DNA from: an uncultured archaeon
GTDB taxonomy: Archaea; Iainarchaeota; Iainarchaeia; Iainarchaeales; Iainarchaeaceae
Reading direction: 5' to 3'
Length of the DNA: 64,000 nucleotides
Assembly: GCA_964577555.1 (NCBI GenBank)
Contig: CAZNZM010000001.1
Span: 12,684-76,683, forward strand
The position numbers and the translations under genes were made by a program. This document shows positions 1 to 8,671 of the stretch, piece by piece. The notes beneath the pieces are model-generated. The model searched no databases. It was not told where the DNA came from and was given only the letters and a program-made list of their open reading frames with translations. Positions within the stretch are counted from its first letter, which is position 1. Every line of letters begins with the position of its first letter.

Positions 1-221
1 CTGGAAAGGCAAAAAAAGAAGGCGAATTTGTTGTTGTTGATGGCTCTGTTTTGGGTTTTGGAAAGGTTTTAGGCAAAGGCAAGATTTCGGCAAAAATAAA
101 ACTGGTAAATGTACAGGTTTCTGCGAGTGCATTAGAAAAAATTAAGGCTGTTGGTGGAGCAATGCAGAGTGAAGGTATTGAGGAAGGCTTTGAAGAAGAG
201 GAGGATGAGGACAAAGAATGA
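1..221 (+). CDS. rpl15: 3' end of ribosomal protein uL15 (partial, runs off window edge)
   Basis: In-frame ORF entering from the 5' edge. Gly/Lys-rich then acidic C-terminal tail. Stop overlaps the secY start (ATGA), as in the conserved L15-secY order. Confidence 0.45.
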   Translation, partial: GKAKKEGEFVVVDGSVLGFGKVLGKGKISAKIKLVNVQVSASALEKIKAVGGAMQSEGIEEGFEEEEDEDKE

Positions 222-1642
222 ACATCTTCAAGACGCTTCAGCCAATTTATTCGATGTTGCCTGAAGTAAAGGCTCCTGAAAATAAGGGTTCTTTGAAAGA
301 CAGGTTAATGTGGACAGCTGCCGTGCTCTTGATTTTTTTTGCAATGGGAAGCGTCAAGCTTTTTGGGCTTAGTGCTGCAAGCGCCGGAAGGCTTGAACAA
401 GTACAAGTAATACTTGCGTCGGATGCTGGCACTCTTATAACTGTTGGAATAGGTCCTATTGTGCTTGCTTCAATAATTTTGCAATTGCTTATTGGTGGCG
501 GATTAGTCAAGCTTGATCTTAGCAAGCCTGAAGAAAAAGCCCAATTTTCAGGAATGCAAAAATTGCTTGCAATAATATTGAGTTTTGTGGAAAGCACTGT
601 TTATACTGCAACTGGTTTTCTTACTCCCGAACCTGGAATGATGCCTTTAATAATTTTACAAGTAGCCATGGGCGCAATAATTTTGCTTTATCTTGATGAA
701 GTGGTTTCAAAATATGGAATAGGTTCTGGTGTCGGACTTTTTATTGCTGGTGGAGTTGCAAAGATCATAATGTGGAGAATTTTTTCGCCTTTGAACCTTC
801 AAAGAAATATTTCTCTGGTGGATGGCACTGGATTATTGTTTCTTTTTATTAGGGAAATGCAAAACAACATATCGGTTGCAATGATTGATGCTTTGCTTCC
901 GATAATTGTGACAATAATAGTTTTTGTTGTAGTGGTGTATACTGAAGGGATACATGTAAATATTCCAATAACCATGGGAAGAAAAGGCACTGGGGGGCGT
1001 TATCCTGTAAAGTTTTTATATGTTTCAAATATGCCTGTAATTCTTGCATCTGCGTTGTTTCTTAATATTGGGATTTGGGCTCAATTGTTCAAGAACGTGC
1101 CTTTTATAGGCGGCTTGCTCGGAGGACTTGCAACAATTGTTATTCCGCCATATGACTTAGTCAGAAATGTGCTTATGGAGGGAATAAATGCGAATTTGAT
1201 TAACCAAATGTGGCAAAGCATTACTACGTTGCAATTTGTTGGTTTGGGCGGGCAAATCATACACGCTTTTGTTTTTATTGTTATTTTAACAATTGTTTGC
1301 GTTATTTTTGGAAGGCTTTGGATTGAAGTTGGCGGCCAAGGACCTGAAAGGATTGCAGAACAACTTAATAGGGCCGGCATGTCGATTCCGGGTTTCAGAA
1401 GGGATCCAAGAATTATAAGGCAAGTGCTTGACAGGTATGTGCCAACAATAACAATTCTTGGTTCGGCATTTGTTGGACTTTTGGCTGGCTTTGCAGACAT
1501 TACCGGGGCCATTGGGTCAGGAACAGGAATTTTGCTTACTGCAGGCATAGTTTACAGGCTTTATGAAGAACTTGCAAAAATGCAATTGGCTGAAACCCAT
1601 CCATTATTAAAAGGATTTTTTGGACAAGGAGGCGGTTTTTAA
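218..1642 (+). CDS. secY: Preprotein translocase subunit SecY
   Basis: 474-aa ORF with 10 predicted TM segments and archaeal SecY/Sec61alpha signature regions. Located directly after L15. Confidence 0.95.
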   Translation: MNIFKTLQPIYSMLPEVKAPENKGSLKDRLMWTAAVLLIFFAMGSVKLFGLSAASAGRLEQVQVILASDAGTLITVGIGPIVLASIILQLLIGGGLVKLDLSKPEEKAQFSGMQKLLAIILSFVESTVYTATGFLTPEPGMMPLIILQVAMGAIILLYLDEVVSKYGIGSGVGLFIAGGVAKIIMWRIFSPLNLQRNISLVDGTGLLFLFIREMQNNISVAMIDALLPIIVTIIVFVVVVYTEGIHVNIPITMGRKGTGGRYPVKFLYVSNMPVILASALFLNIGIWAQLFKNVPFIGGLLGGLATIVIPPYDLVRNVLMEGINANLINQMWQSITTLQFVGLGGQIIHAFVFIVILTIVCVIFGRLWIEVGGQGPERIAEQLNRAGMSIPGFRRDPRIIRQVLDRYVPTITILGSAFVGLLAGFADITGAIGSGTGILLTAGIVYRLYEELAKMQLAETHPLLKGFFGQGGGF

Positions 1643-1651
1643 AAGAATCGG

Positions 1652-2215
1652 TTGAAAAGTATTAAGTCCAACTTGATTCTTTTAAGAATTCAAATTTTCA
1701 GGTGTTTTTTTATGGTTGAACCTATGTTTGAGATATTTGGCATTTCGCTTTTCCTGGCTGTTGTTTCACAAATAATTCAAAACAAGTTTATGGACAAAGA
1801 ATCTATGAAAAAGCACCAAGAAGACATGAAAGCCAAACAGAAAAGAATGAAAGAGTTGATTGGCAAGAATGATCAAAAATCAAAAAACGAACTTGAAACC
1901 CTTGAAAAAGAGCTTATGGAGTCAATGCAAAAAGTCATGGAAGGTTCAACAAAAACAATGCTATTTTCTTTGGTGATTTTCTTGCCAGCTTTTTGGTTGT
2001 TGGGACATTTTTATGAAAAAGCGGTTATTGATTTGCCTGTGCAAATTCCTTGGTTTGTGGAAGGGTTTGATTTATTAAATATTTCAACTTGGGGTATTAA
2101 AATGTACAGCCAAACAAATTGGTTGGGCTGGTATTTTTTGACATATTTGGTTATTTCAATGATAACAGGATTCATAATTTCCCAATTTAAAAAAAACAAG
2201 GCAAATAAGAAGTGA
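1652..2215 (+). CDS. DUF106/EMC3-TMCO1-like membrane protein (Oxa1 superfamily); true start probably at the Met near 1712
   Basis: 3-TM protein with a K/E-rich coiled coil after TM1. It sits in the conserved archaeal slot between secY/adk and L34e where DUF106 proteins occur. Confidence 0.55.
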   Translation: MKSIKSNLILLRIQIFRCFFMVEPMFEIFGISLFLAVVSQIIQNKFMDKESMKKHQEDMKAKQKRMKELIGKNDQKSKNELETLEKELMESMQKVMEGSTKTMLFSLVIFLPAFWLLGHFYEKAVIDLPVQIPWFVEGFDLLNISTWGIKMYSQTNWLGWYFLTYLVISMITGFIISQFKKNKANKK

Positions 2216-2559
2216 TTATCATGGTTGATCGACAAACAAGAATGAAAAAGAAAAAATACAGGAGAACACCTGGTTCAAAAACCGTTGTACATTACACAAG
2301 ACATAAGATTACAAAAGCGGAGTGCCCTGTCACTAAAAAAAGGTTGCATGGAACTGGAAACCAAACAAAAAGCAGTATAAGAAAACTTTCAAAAACACGT
2401 AAAAGACCAAGCGTAAAATTTGGCGGAGTACTTTCAGCAAAGGCAAGAAGAATAATATGGGATGAAGCGGCGTTGGTTTTGCTTGGCAAAAAAAATATTA
2501 ATGATGTTTCAATGACAATCAGAAATTATGTTAAACAAGCATTAAAGGTGAATAAATGA
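2212..2559 (+). CDS. rpl34e: Ribosomal protein eL34
   Basis: Basic 115-aa ORF with a KKYRRTPGSKTV..HY eL34 N-terminal signature. Conserved position after the DUF106 gene. Confidence 0.8.
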   Translation: MIIMVDRQTRMKKKKYRRTPGSKTVVHYTRHKITKAECPVTKKRLHGTGNQTKSSIRKLSKTRKRPSVKFGGVLSAKARRIIWDEAALVLLGKKNINDVSMTIRNYVKQALKVNK

Positions 2560-2777
2560 AGGCAATTGATGTTGGAAGTATTTGTATAAAGACAACAGGC
2601 AGGGAAGCCGGAGAAAAAGCCGTTGTGCTTGAAATACTTGGACCAACAATGGTGACAATAATAGGACCTAAAGTAAGAAAGAGAAAATGCAACATATTGC
2701 ACTTATTGCCTACTGGCAAAAAAATTGAAGTGAATTCAAAAATAACGCAAAAAGAAATTGCAAAAATGATTGAGTGA
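2556..2777 (+). CDS. rpl14e: Ribosomal protein eL14 (KOW domain)
   Basis: 73-aa ORF with a GSICIKTTGREAGEKAVV KOW motif. The 4-bp overlap with rpl34e indicates coupling. Confidence 0.8.
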   Translation: MKAIDVGSICIKTTGREAGEKAVVLEILGPTMVTIIGPKVRKRKCNILHLLPTGKKIEVNSKITQKEIAKMIE

Positions 2778-2782
2778 TGTAA

Positions 2783-3376
2783 ATGGCAAAAAAAGAAAAA
2801 CAAGAGATTGAAGGCAGGAAAGAAAACGAAAAAGAAGCAAAGTCGGATGAAAGGCTTATTGTTCGTGTAGCCGGCGTTGATCTTAATGGCAGGTTGCCAA
2901 TACAAAGGTCTCTTACAAAAATAAAAGGAATAGGAATAAGAATGGCAAAAAGCATTGCTGTAGCATTTGAAAAATTAACTGGAATATCGCCTCTACAAAA
3001 AACCGGGGCGCTTAATGAAGAACAAACAAAAAAACTTGAGGAAGTAGTGCTGCATCCTGAAAAATTTGGAGTGCCTTCTTGGCAACTCAACAGACAAAAG
3101 GATTTTTACACTGGATTATCAACGCATTTAGTAATGGCTGATTTGGACCTTGCATTAAGAGAGGACTTGTCAAGGCTTAAAGAAATAAAATCTTATAGAG
3201 GACTAAGGCATCAATGGGGTTTGCCTGTCAGAGGGCAAAGAACAAAGTCAACTCACAGAGGCAAAGGCGGAGTTGTAGGAGTAATGAAGAAAGAAGTCAA
3301 ACAAGCTGCGGCTCCTGCAAAAGCCAAAGAATCTCCAAAGCCGGCGGCAAGTCAAAAAGGCGGAGCTAAAAAGTGA
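2783..3376 (+). CDS. rps13: Ribosomal protein uS13
   Basis: RVAGVDL..IKGIG..A motif and basic C-terminal tail. Confidence 0.93.
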   Translation: MAKKEKQEIEGRKENEKEAKSDERLIVRVAGVDLNGRLPIQRSLTKIKGIGIRMAKSIAVAFEKLTGISPLQKTGALNEEQTKKLEEVVLHPEKFGVPSWQLNRQKDFYTGLSTHLVMADLDLALREDLSRLKEIKSYRGLRHQWGLPVRGQRTKSTHRGKGGVVGVMKKEVKQAAAPAKAKESPKPAASQKGGAKK

Positions 3377-3385
3377 GGTGTTTGA

Positions 3386-3973
3386 ATGGGAGACCCTGCT
3401 AAAAAAAGAAAATTGTATAAAAATCCAAGAAAACAATGGGATGCCCAACTTCTTGAAAGGGAAAGAAAACTCGTTGAATTTTACGGGTTAAAAAACAAAA
3501 GAGAGTTAAGAAGAACTGAAACTTGGTTGAGGCAAAAAAAGAAATTGGCTAGGGATTTGTTGGGCTTGCCTCTTGAAACAAGAAAGCAACGCGAAACCGA
3601 ACTTATGAATGGTTTGAAAAAAATCGGTTTGGTTAAAGAAGGATCAACAATTGATGACGTGCTTGGGCTTAAAATAGAAGAAGTTTTGGAAAGAAGGCTT
3701 CAAACTTATGTGTATAGGAAAGGTTTTGCAAATACAACAAAACAGGCAAGACAATTTATTGTGCATGGACACATAGCAATTGCTGGAAAAAAAATAAGTG
3801 CTCCGTCTTACATAGTTCCATTGACCGAAGTTGAAACAATAGGCTGGTATAGAAAACCAATTAAAATTGAAGCCCAACCAAAAAAAGACGTCAAAAAAGA
3901 GTTTGAAGAAATTGTAAAAGCCCAAGAAAATGAAGAACAAGAAAATTTTGAAAAAGAAGGTGAAATGGAATGA
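3386..3973 (+). CDS. rps4: Ribosomal protein uS4
   Basis: S4 N-terminal region plus S4 RNA-binding domain (RQFIVHGHIAIAGKKISAPSYIV). Confidence 0.93.
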   Translation: MGDPAKKRKLYKNPRKQWDAQLLERERKLVEFYGLKNKRELRRTETWLRQKKKLARDLLGLPLETRKQRETELMNGLKKIGLVKEGSTIDDVLGLKIEEVLERRLQTYVYRKGFANTTKQARQFIVHGHIAIAGKKISAPSYIVPLTEVETIGWYRKPIKIEAQPKKDVKKEFEEIVKAQENEEQENFEKEGEME

Positions 3974-4353
3974 CAAAAACAGGAATAATACATATTTACG
4001 CTTCACACAATAATACAATAATTGTACTCACAGACATAACAGGCTCTGAAACAATTGCAAAGTGCAGCGGCGGCATGGTTGTAAAATCGCAACACAAAGA
4101 AGGCTCGCCATACGCCGCAATGAAGGTTGCGGAAATAGTGGCTGAAAAAGCAAAGGAAAAAGGCATTGAAGAAGTCATTGTAAAAGTAAGAGGACAAGGC
4201 GGAATAAAACCAAAATCTCCTGGACAAGGAGCGGAAGCCGCAATACTTTCTCTCACGAGAAATAACATGAAAATCAAGGCAATTGAAAACGTTACCCCTA
4301 TACCTCATGATGGTTGCAGGCGTAAAAAAAGGCATAGAAGCAAAAAGGAGTGA
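3970..4353 (+). CDS. rps11: Ribosomal protein uS11
   Basis: GIIHIYASHNNTII.TD..G uS11 signature. ATGA overlap with rps4. Confidence 0.93.
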   Translation: MTKTGIIHIYASHNNTIIVLTDITGSETIAKCSGGMVVKSQHKEGSPYAAMKVAEIVAEKAKEKGIEEVIVKVRGQGGIKPKSPGQGAEAAILSLTRNNMKIKAIENVTPIPHDGCRRKKRHRSKKE

Positions 4354-4357
4354 AAGC

Positions 4358-5053
4358 ATGGATGTCAAAGTTCTCAAAGAAAAAGGAAATTCAATGACAA
4401 TATTAATAAAGGACACTAACAACGCATTTGTGAATGCTCTTCGCAGACAAATAATGGCTGGAACCCCAATATTTGCAATAGAAGATGTTTACATTTACGA
4501 AAATACTGGCGCAATGTATGATGAAATGCTTGCACACAGGCTTGGCTTGATTCCGCTTAAAATGGATTCAAACAAATACAAGGAAGGAGAAAAAGTCAAA
4601 TTAGTACTTGAAAAAGAAGGGCCTTGCACGGTTTACAGCAAAGACATTAAAAGCACTGATCCTTCAATAGAACCTGTTTATTTGAATATTCCGATAACAA
4701 AATTGACCGAAGGACAAAAAATAAAAATTGAAATGGATGCTGTTGCAGGGGTTGGAAAAACCCATTCAAAATACCAACCAGCAATAGTGGCTTACCAAGA
4801 ACTGCCAATAATAACATCTGAAAAAAGTGCCAAAGACAAGAGTTATAAGGCAGACATAATCGAAATGATTATAGATGAAAAGCATCGGGACCTGATGCTT
4901 AAACCCGGACAAAAAATAGAATATGACCCAACAACATTTATTTTTACAATAGAAAGCCACGGTAATCTTGATTGCAAAGAGCTTTTGGAAAGCGCTTTAA
5001 ACGGTTTAAAAGAAAGATTGGAGGGATTCAGAAAAGAGTTAAAGAATTTATAA
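4358..5053 (+). CDS. rpoD: DNA-directed RNA polymerase subunit D (Rpo3)
   Basis: The ORF runs from 4283, but a GGAG ribosome-binding site plus ATG at 4358 follows the rps11 stop. RNAP alpha-like dimerisation domain (AFVNALRRQIMAG..P). Conserved position after S11. Confidence 0.88.
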   Translation: MDVKVLKEKGNSMTILIKDTNNAFVNALRRQIMAGTPIFAIEDVYIYENTGAMYDEMLAHRLGLIPLKMDSNKYKEGEKVKLVLEKEGPCTVYSKDIKSTDPSIEPVYLNIPITKLTEGQKIKIEMDAVAGVGKTHSKYQPAIVAYQELPIITSEKSAKDKSYKADIIEMIIDEKHRDLMLKPGQKIEYDPTTFIFTIESHGNLDCKELLESALNGLKERLEGFRKELKNL

Positions 5054-5079
5054 GCTGATTGGAGAAAAAAGGCATTAGA

Positions 5080-5234
5080 GCAGGAGTACCCAAGCGGCCA
5101 ACGGGGCAGGACTTAAGAAACCTTTATGTCCGGTAAAAAAAATTCCCCGGCTTCTTCTTGCAATTAAATAGAAGAAAAGGCTGGAGTTATCCTGTGGCTT
5201 AGTGCCTTCGCAGGTTCGAATCCTGCCTCCTGCA
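5080..5234 (+). tRNA. tRNA-Leu (anticodon UAA) with a 71-nt intron after position 37
   Basis: Hand-folded. Acceptor GCAGGAG/CTCCTGC with discriminator A. D-arm CCC-AAGCGGCCAAC-GGG. Anticodon stem CAGGA/TCCTG with loop CTTAAGA. Long class-II variable arm (GGC-TTAGT-GCC). T-arm GCAGG-TTCGAAT-CCTGC. The intron (about 5118-5188) sits at the canonical 37/38 site. Confidence 0.85.
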
Positions 5235-5254
5235 TTAAAAAAAAGTGATTTTTT

Positions 5255-5614
5255 ATGAGAACCGGGCCTACAAACAGAGAAACTAAAAGTATTGCAGTAA
5301 TGTTGGAAAGACATGGAAAAAAATCGCGTAAAAAGATTTTTACCGAAATAGCTGAAAAACTTTTGAAGCCTTCAAGAAAAAGGGCATGCGTAAACATATT
5401 CAAACTTAATGAAATCGCAAAAACCTGTGGCGAAAAAGTTTTAATTGTACCTGGAAAAGTTCTTGCATCAGGAGACTTGGAGAAAAAAATAGAAGTCGCT
5501 TGCTTGAATTGTTCGGCAACCGCAAAGAGAAAAATTGAAAGCATGAAAGGAAAAGTAATAGAGCTTAAAGAAATAATCGGGATTTCTCCCAATAAAATGG
5601 TGATTGTGGAATGA
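5255..5614 (+). CDS. rpl18e: Ribosomal protein eL18
   Basis: Basic 119-aa ORF in the conserved slot between rpoD and L13. N-terminal RTGPTN..T and VLIVPGKVL..G motifs. Confidence 0.8.
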   Translation: MRTGPTNRETKSIAVMLERHGKKSRKKIFTEIAEKLLKPSRKRACVNIFKLNEIAKTCGEKVLIVPGKVLASGDLEKKIEVACLNCSATAKRKIESMKGKVIELKEIIGISPNKMVIVE

Positions 5615-6033
5615 CAATAATTGAAGGCAAAGGAATGGTTTTGGGAAGGCTGGCCTCGGTAATTGCAAAAAGGCTTTTAAAAAACGAGGTTATTGATGTT
5701 GTGAATTGTGAAAAAATAGTTGTTATAGGCGATAAAACAATTGTAGTAGAAAAATTTTCAAAATGGCTTAAAATGGCTCCAAAAGGAAACCCTCTTAAAG
5801 GACCGAAATTTTCAAGAATGCCTGACAAAATTGTCAAAAGAACTATTAGAGGAATGTTGCCTTGGAAACAACCAAAAGGAAAAAAAGCTTTCAAAAACCT
5901 CAAAATCCACATAGGTGTTCCAGAAAAGTTCGCATCAACCAAACCTGAAATAATAGAATCGGCCAAAAATCACAAGCAAAAAGGATTTGTTGAAATTGAA
6001 GAAATCAGCAAAAAATTAGGTGCAAAGTGGTGA
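5611..6033 (+). CDS. rpl13: Ribosomal protein uL13
   Basis: IDA-G-VLGRLAS-IAK-LL uL13 N-terminal signature. Overlapping start. Confidence 0.93.
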   Translation: MTIIEGKGMVLGRLASVIAKRLLKNEVIDVVNCEKIVVIGDKTIVVEKFSKWLKMAPKGNPLKGPKFSRMPDKIVKRTIRGMLPWKQPKGKKAFKNLKIHIGVPEKFASTKPEIIESAKNHKQKGFVEIEEISKKLGAKW

Positions 6034-6037
6034 GTAA

Positions 6038-6451
6038 ATGGTTTCAAAGAAAAAAAAAGGAATATTTTCAAAAGCAAAAAAGAAAGAGGCCACGGCAAGA
6101 GCAGTTGCCAAAAAAGGCAAAGGAATTGTAAGGATTAATAAAAGAAATTTAATAACGATAGAACCAAAATATGTTCAAGAATTATTAAAAGAACCGCTTG
6201 AACTGGCTGGGCCAATCTCGCAAGAAGTGGACATCAATGTTAGAACTTATGGCGGCGGCTTCATGAGTCAAATGATAGCAGCAAGAGGAGCTATTGCAAA
6301 AGCATTGCTTGAATATGCGCATGATGAAAAACTAAAAAAGAAATTTTTAGCTTACGACAGAATGCTTTTGGTTGACGATGCAAGAAGAGTTGAGCCAAAG
6401 AAACAACTTGGTCCAAAAGCAAGAAGAAAGAAACAAAAGAGCAAGAGGTGA
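6038..6451 (+). CDS. rps9: Ribosomal protein uS9
   Basis: GGG-GQ..A-R.AIA.AL and a C-terminal arginine-rich tail ending in KR. Confidence 0.93.
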   Translation: MVSKKKKGIFSKAKKKEATARAVAKKGKGIVRINKRNLITIEPKYVQELLKEPLELAGPISQEVDINVRTYGGGFMSQMIAARGAIAKALLEYAHDEKLKKKFLAYDRMLLVDDARRVEPKKQLGPKARRKKQKSKR

Positions 6452-6651
6452 AAAAAATGCTGGTGCCAATAAGATGCTTTAGTTGCGGAAAAGTAATAGG
6501 AGAATACTACGAACAATTCAAGGAAAGAGTGCAAAGAGGCGAATCTGCTGAAAAAGTACTTGACGACATGGGCATTAAAAGGTATTGTTGTAGAAGAATG
6601 ATTTTCTCGCACACCGACACAATTGACGAAATTAACAAATACAAGGCGTGA
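6448..6651 (+). CDS. rpoN: DNA-directed RNA polymerase subunit N (Rpo10); likely start at the Met at 6457
   Basis: [12 protein letters not shown]...CCRRM zinc-binding Rpo10 signature. Confidence 0.88.
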   Translation: MKKMLVPIRCFSCGKVIGEYYEQFKERVQRGESAEKVLDDMGIKRYCCRRMIFSHTDTIDEINKYKA

Positions 6652-7445
6652 ATATTATGACTGAAAATGCAAAAGAAAAAAATGAAGAAAAAACATCTGA
6701 AATAGAGCAAAAAGGCGAAGAACAAACAGCCAAACATACTGAACTTGTTGAAACGGAAAAATACCTTAATACCGGAGCGCATATTGGTACAAAATTCAAA
6801 TCAGGTGAAATGAAACGCTACATTTACAAGATGAGAAAAGACGGCCTTTTTGTTCTTGATGTACAAACAATTGACAACAAACTAAAAGCAGCTTCAAAAA
6901 TGCTATCAGGATATGCGACAGAAAAAATTGCAGTTGTTGCAAGAAGAGCTTATGGACAAACCCCTGCAAAAGTATTTGCGGAAACAGTAGGCGCAACAGC
7001 CTTTACAGGCAGGTTTATTCCTGGAACTTTCACAAATCCGCAGAACACACGATTTTTCGAACCAAAAATAGTTGTCGTTACAGACCCTGAAACCGACAGC
7101 CAAGCTATTGAGGAAGCCACAAGAATAAGAGTGCCAGTAATTGCATTCGTTTCAACAAACAATTCACTAAAAAACATTGACTTGGCAATACCAATAAACA
7201 ACAAAGGCAAAAAAAGCCTGGCGCTGGCATTTTGGATATTAGCAAAAGAAATACTCAAAAAAAAGGGAGACATAAAAAGCGATTCGGAAATGTTGAAAAA
7301 AATCGAGGACTTTGAATACAAAATGAAAGAAGGGGAAGAAGAAGAAAAAAGCCACAAATTTGGCGACAAAAAAAAGCAATTTAACCGGCAAAGGGAAAGA
7401 AAAAACAAGCAACAAAAAAAAACCAGCAAACAGGTAATTAAATAA
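6648..7445 (+). CDS. rps2: Ribosomal protein uS2
   Basis: uS2 core ([25 protein letters not shown]) with a K/E-rich C-terminal extension. There is no rpoK or eno between rpoN and rps2. Confidence 0.93.
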   Translation: MNIMTENAKEKNEEKTSEIEQKGEEQTAKHTELVETEKYLNTGAHIGTKFKSGEMKRYIYKMRKDGLFVLDVQTIDNKLKAASKMLSGYATEKIAVVARRAYGQTPAKVFAETVGATAFTGRFIPGTFTNPQNTRFFEPKIVVVTDPETDSQAIEEATRIRVPVIAFVSTNNSLKNIDLAIPINNKGKKSLALAFWILAKEILKKKGDIKSDSEMLKKIEDFEYKMKEGEEEEKSHKFGDKKKQFNRQRERKNKQQKKTSKQVIK

Positions 7446-7515
7446 CTGTAAAGGGTAAATATAAATACTTAATTCTTCTTAATATAATAGTTTTGGACAG
7501 AAATTAAGTGGTTAG

Positions 7516-8274
7516 ATGCAAGAATACGAAATTAATGAATTTTTGGAAAAACTTGGCTTGACTGAATACGAAGCAAAAACACTCGCTTCACTATTCAAAC
7601 TGAAAGAAGCAGAAGCACCAGAAATTTCAAGAAGCGCACAAGTACCAAAAACAAGAGTTTATGATGTACTTGACAGGCTAACGTCAAAAAAACTTGTCAT
7701 AGAAATTCATGGCAGGCCAAAAAGATACATGACTCTTGAACCGACAGAAGTTTTCAAAATACTTATTGCGGAAAAGAAAAACGAAATAGCAGAACTTGAA
7801 AAAAAATCGGAAGAATTGAAAAATGTAATAATGCTTGAAAAACAGCCAAGCAAACACGAAAAAGTAATGAAAGTAAAAGACAAAAACGATTTCATAAAAA
7901 TTCTTGGACAAGAAATAGAGACTGCAAACCAAAGCGTTCGAGCCTTAACCTCTTTGGAAAAAGAACACACAGTGCTTAAAGATTATGTGAGAAAATTGGC
8001 AGGCAAAAATGTGGATATAAAAATCATTGCAAGCATAAACGAAAGCTCAAACAAGCTTGTAAAAGATTTCACAGAAGCTGGAGCCAAAATAAAGGATTAC
8101 AACCACGGCATGAATGCTTACATAATTGATGGAAAAAAAGTTGTTTTAGCATTAAGCGATTTCCAAACAGAAAAACCTGAATACCATTTCACTATCTGGC
8201 AGGAAAACAAAGCTCTTGCAAACGCATTGATGAAATTTTTTGACCATGCATGGGAACAAGGAAAAGAAATATAA
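7516..8274 (+). CDS. TrmB-family transcriptional regulator (wHTH plus TrmB C-terminal domain)
   Basis: N-terminal LGLTEYEAK.....L...A.EIS....VP.TRVYDVLDRL..K.LV is the TrmB wHTH. A coiled-coil linker and C-terminal domain follow. A TATA-like TTAATATAAT lies about 25 bp upstream. Confidence 0.75.
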   Translation: MQEYEINEFLEKLGLTEYEAKTLASLFKLKEAEAPEISRSAQVPKTRVYDVLDRLTSKKLVIEIHGRPKRYMTLEPTEVFKILIAEKKNEIAELEKKSEELKNVIMLEKQPSKHEKVMKVKDKNDFIKILGQEIETANQSVRALTSLEKEHTVLKDYVRKLAGKNVDIKIIASINESSNKLVKDFTEAGAKIKDYNHGMNAYIIDGKKVVLALSDFQTEKPEYHFTIWQENKALANALMKFFDHAWEQGKEI

Positions 8275-8297
8275 AGTAAGAAGAAAAATATAAAAAA

Positions 8298-8605
8298 ATC
8301 ATTTTTTAGTGACTTTTTCCTCTTCAAAACGAGTTTTGCAATCATAAAAACCACAAATCCAATTATCAAAAAATTTATAAGAGACGCAAGAAAAGCACCC
8401 AAACCTATTTCTACTGGGCGATTAAAAACTTTGCAGTTTGCCAATCACCAGTGGCAAGGAAAGGTTTAATCAAAGGCATTATGTGATATTATTGACTAAA
8501 GATTGAACAAGATCGGTTGCGGCGGCGCCGATTATGAAAGCAACTGCAAGGCCTATTACCTTTATACTCTTCAAGAAAACTAAAGAATTCTTTCAAAATC
8601 TTCAC
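8298..8605 (-). pseudogene. mscL: Large-conductance mechanosensitive channel MscL relic, broken by at least 3 frameshifts and internal stops
   Basis: Minus-strand translation gives MscL-like segments in three different frames. These are VKILKEFFSFLEE (GTG start), IKVIGLAVAFIIGAAATDLVQSLVNNIT*, MPLIKPFLATGDWQTAKFLIAQ* and NCKVFNRPVEIGLGAFLASLINFLIIGFVVFMIAKLVLKRKK. The last is part of listed ORF 8118..8444. Confidence 0.55.
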
Positions 8606-8671
8606 AAAACCACTAAATGTAAATAAAGAAAATCAACAAATTAATAAGTCTTATACAAGAAGGAAATAAAT

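Noticed and set aside
247-1548. Antisense ORFs inside secY (247..597, 799..990, 849..1049, 1081..1548 on the minus strand)
   Set aside because: They lie fully within a strongly supported, conserved gene on the other strand, have low-complexity translations and have no ribosome-binding sites. They are typical shadow ORFs.
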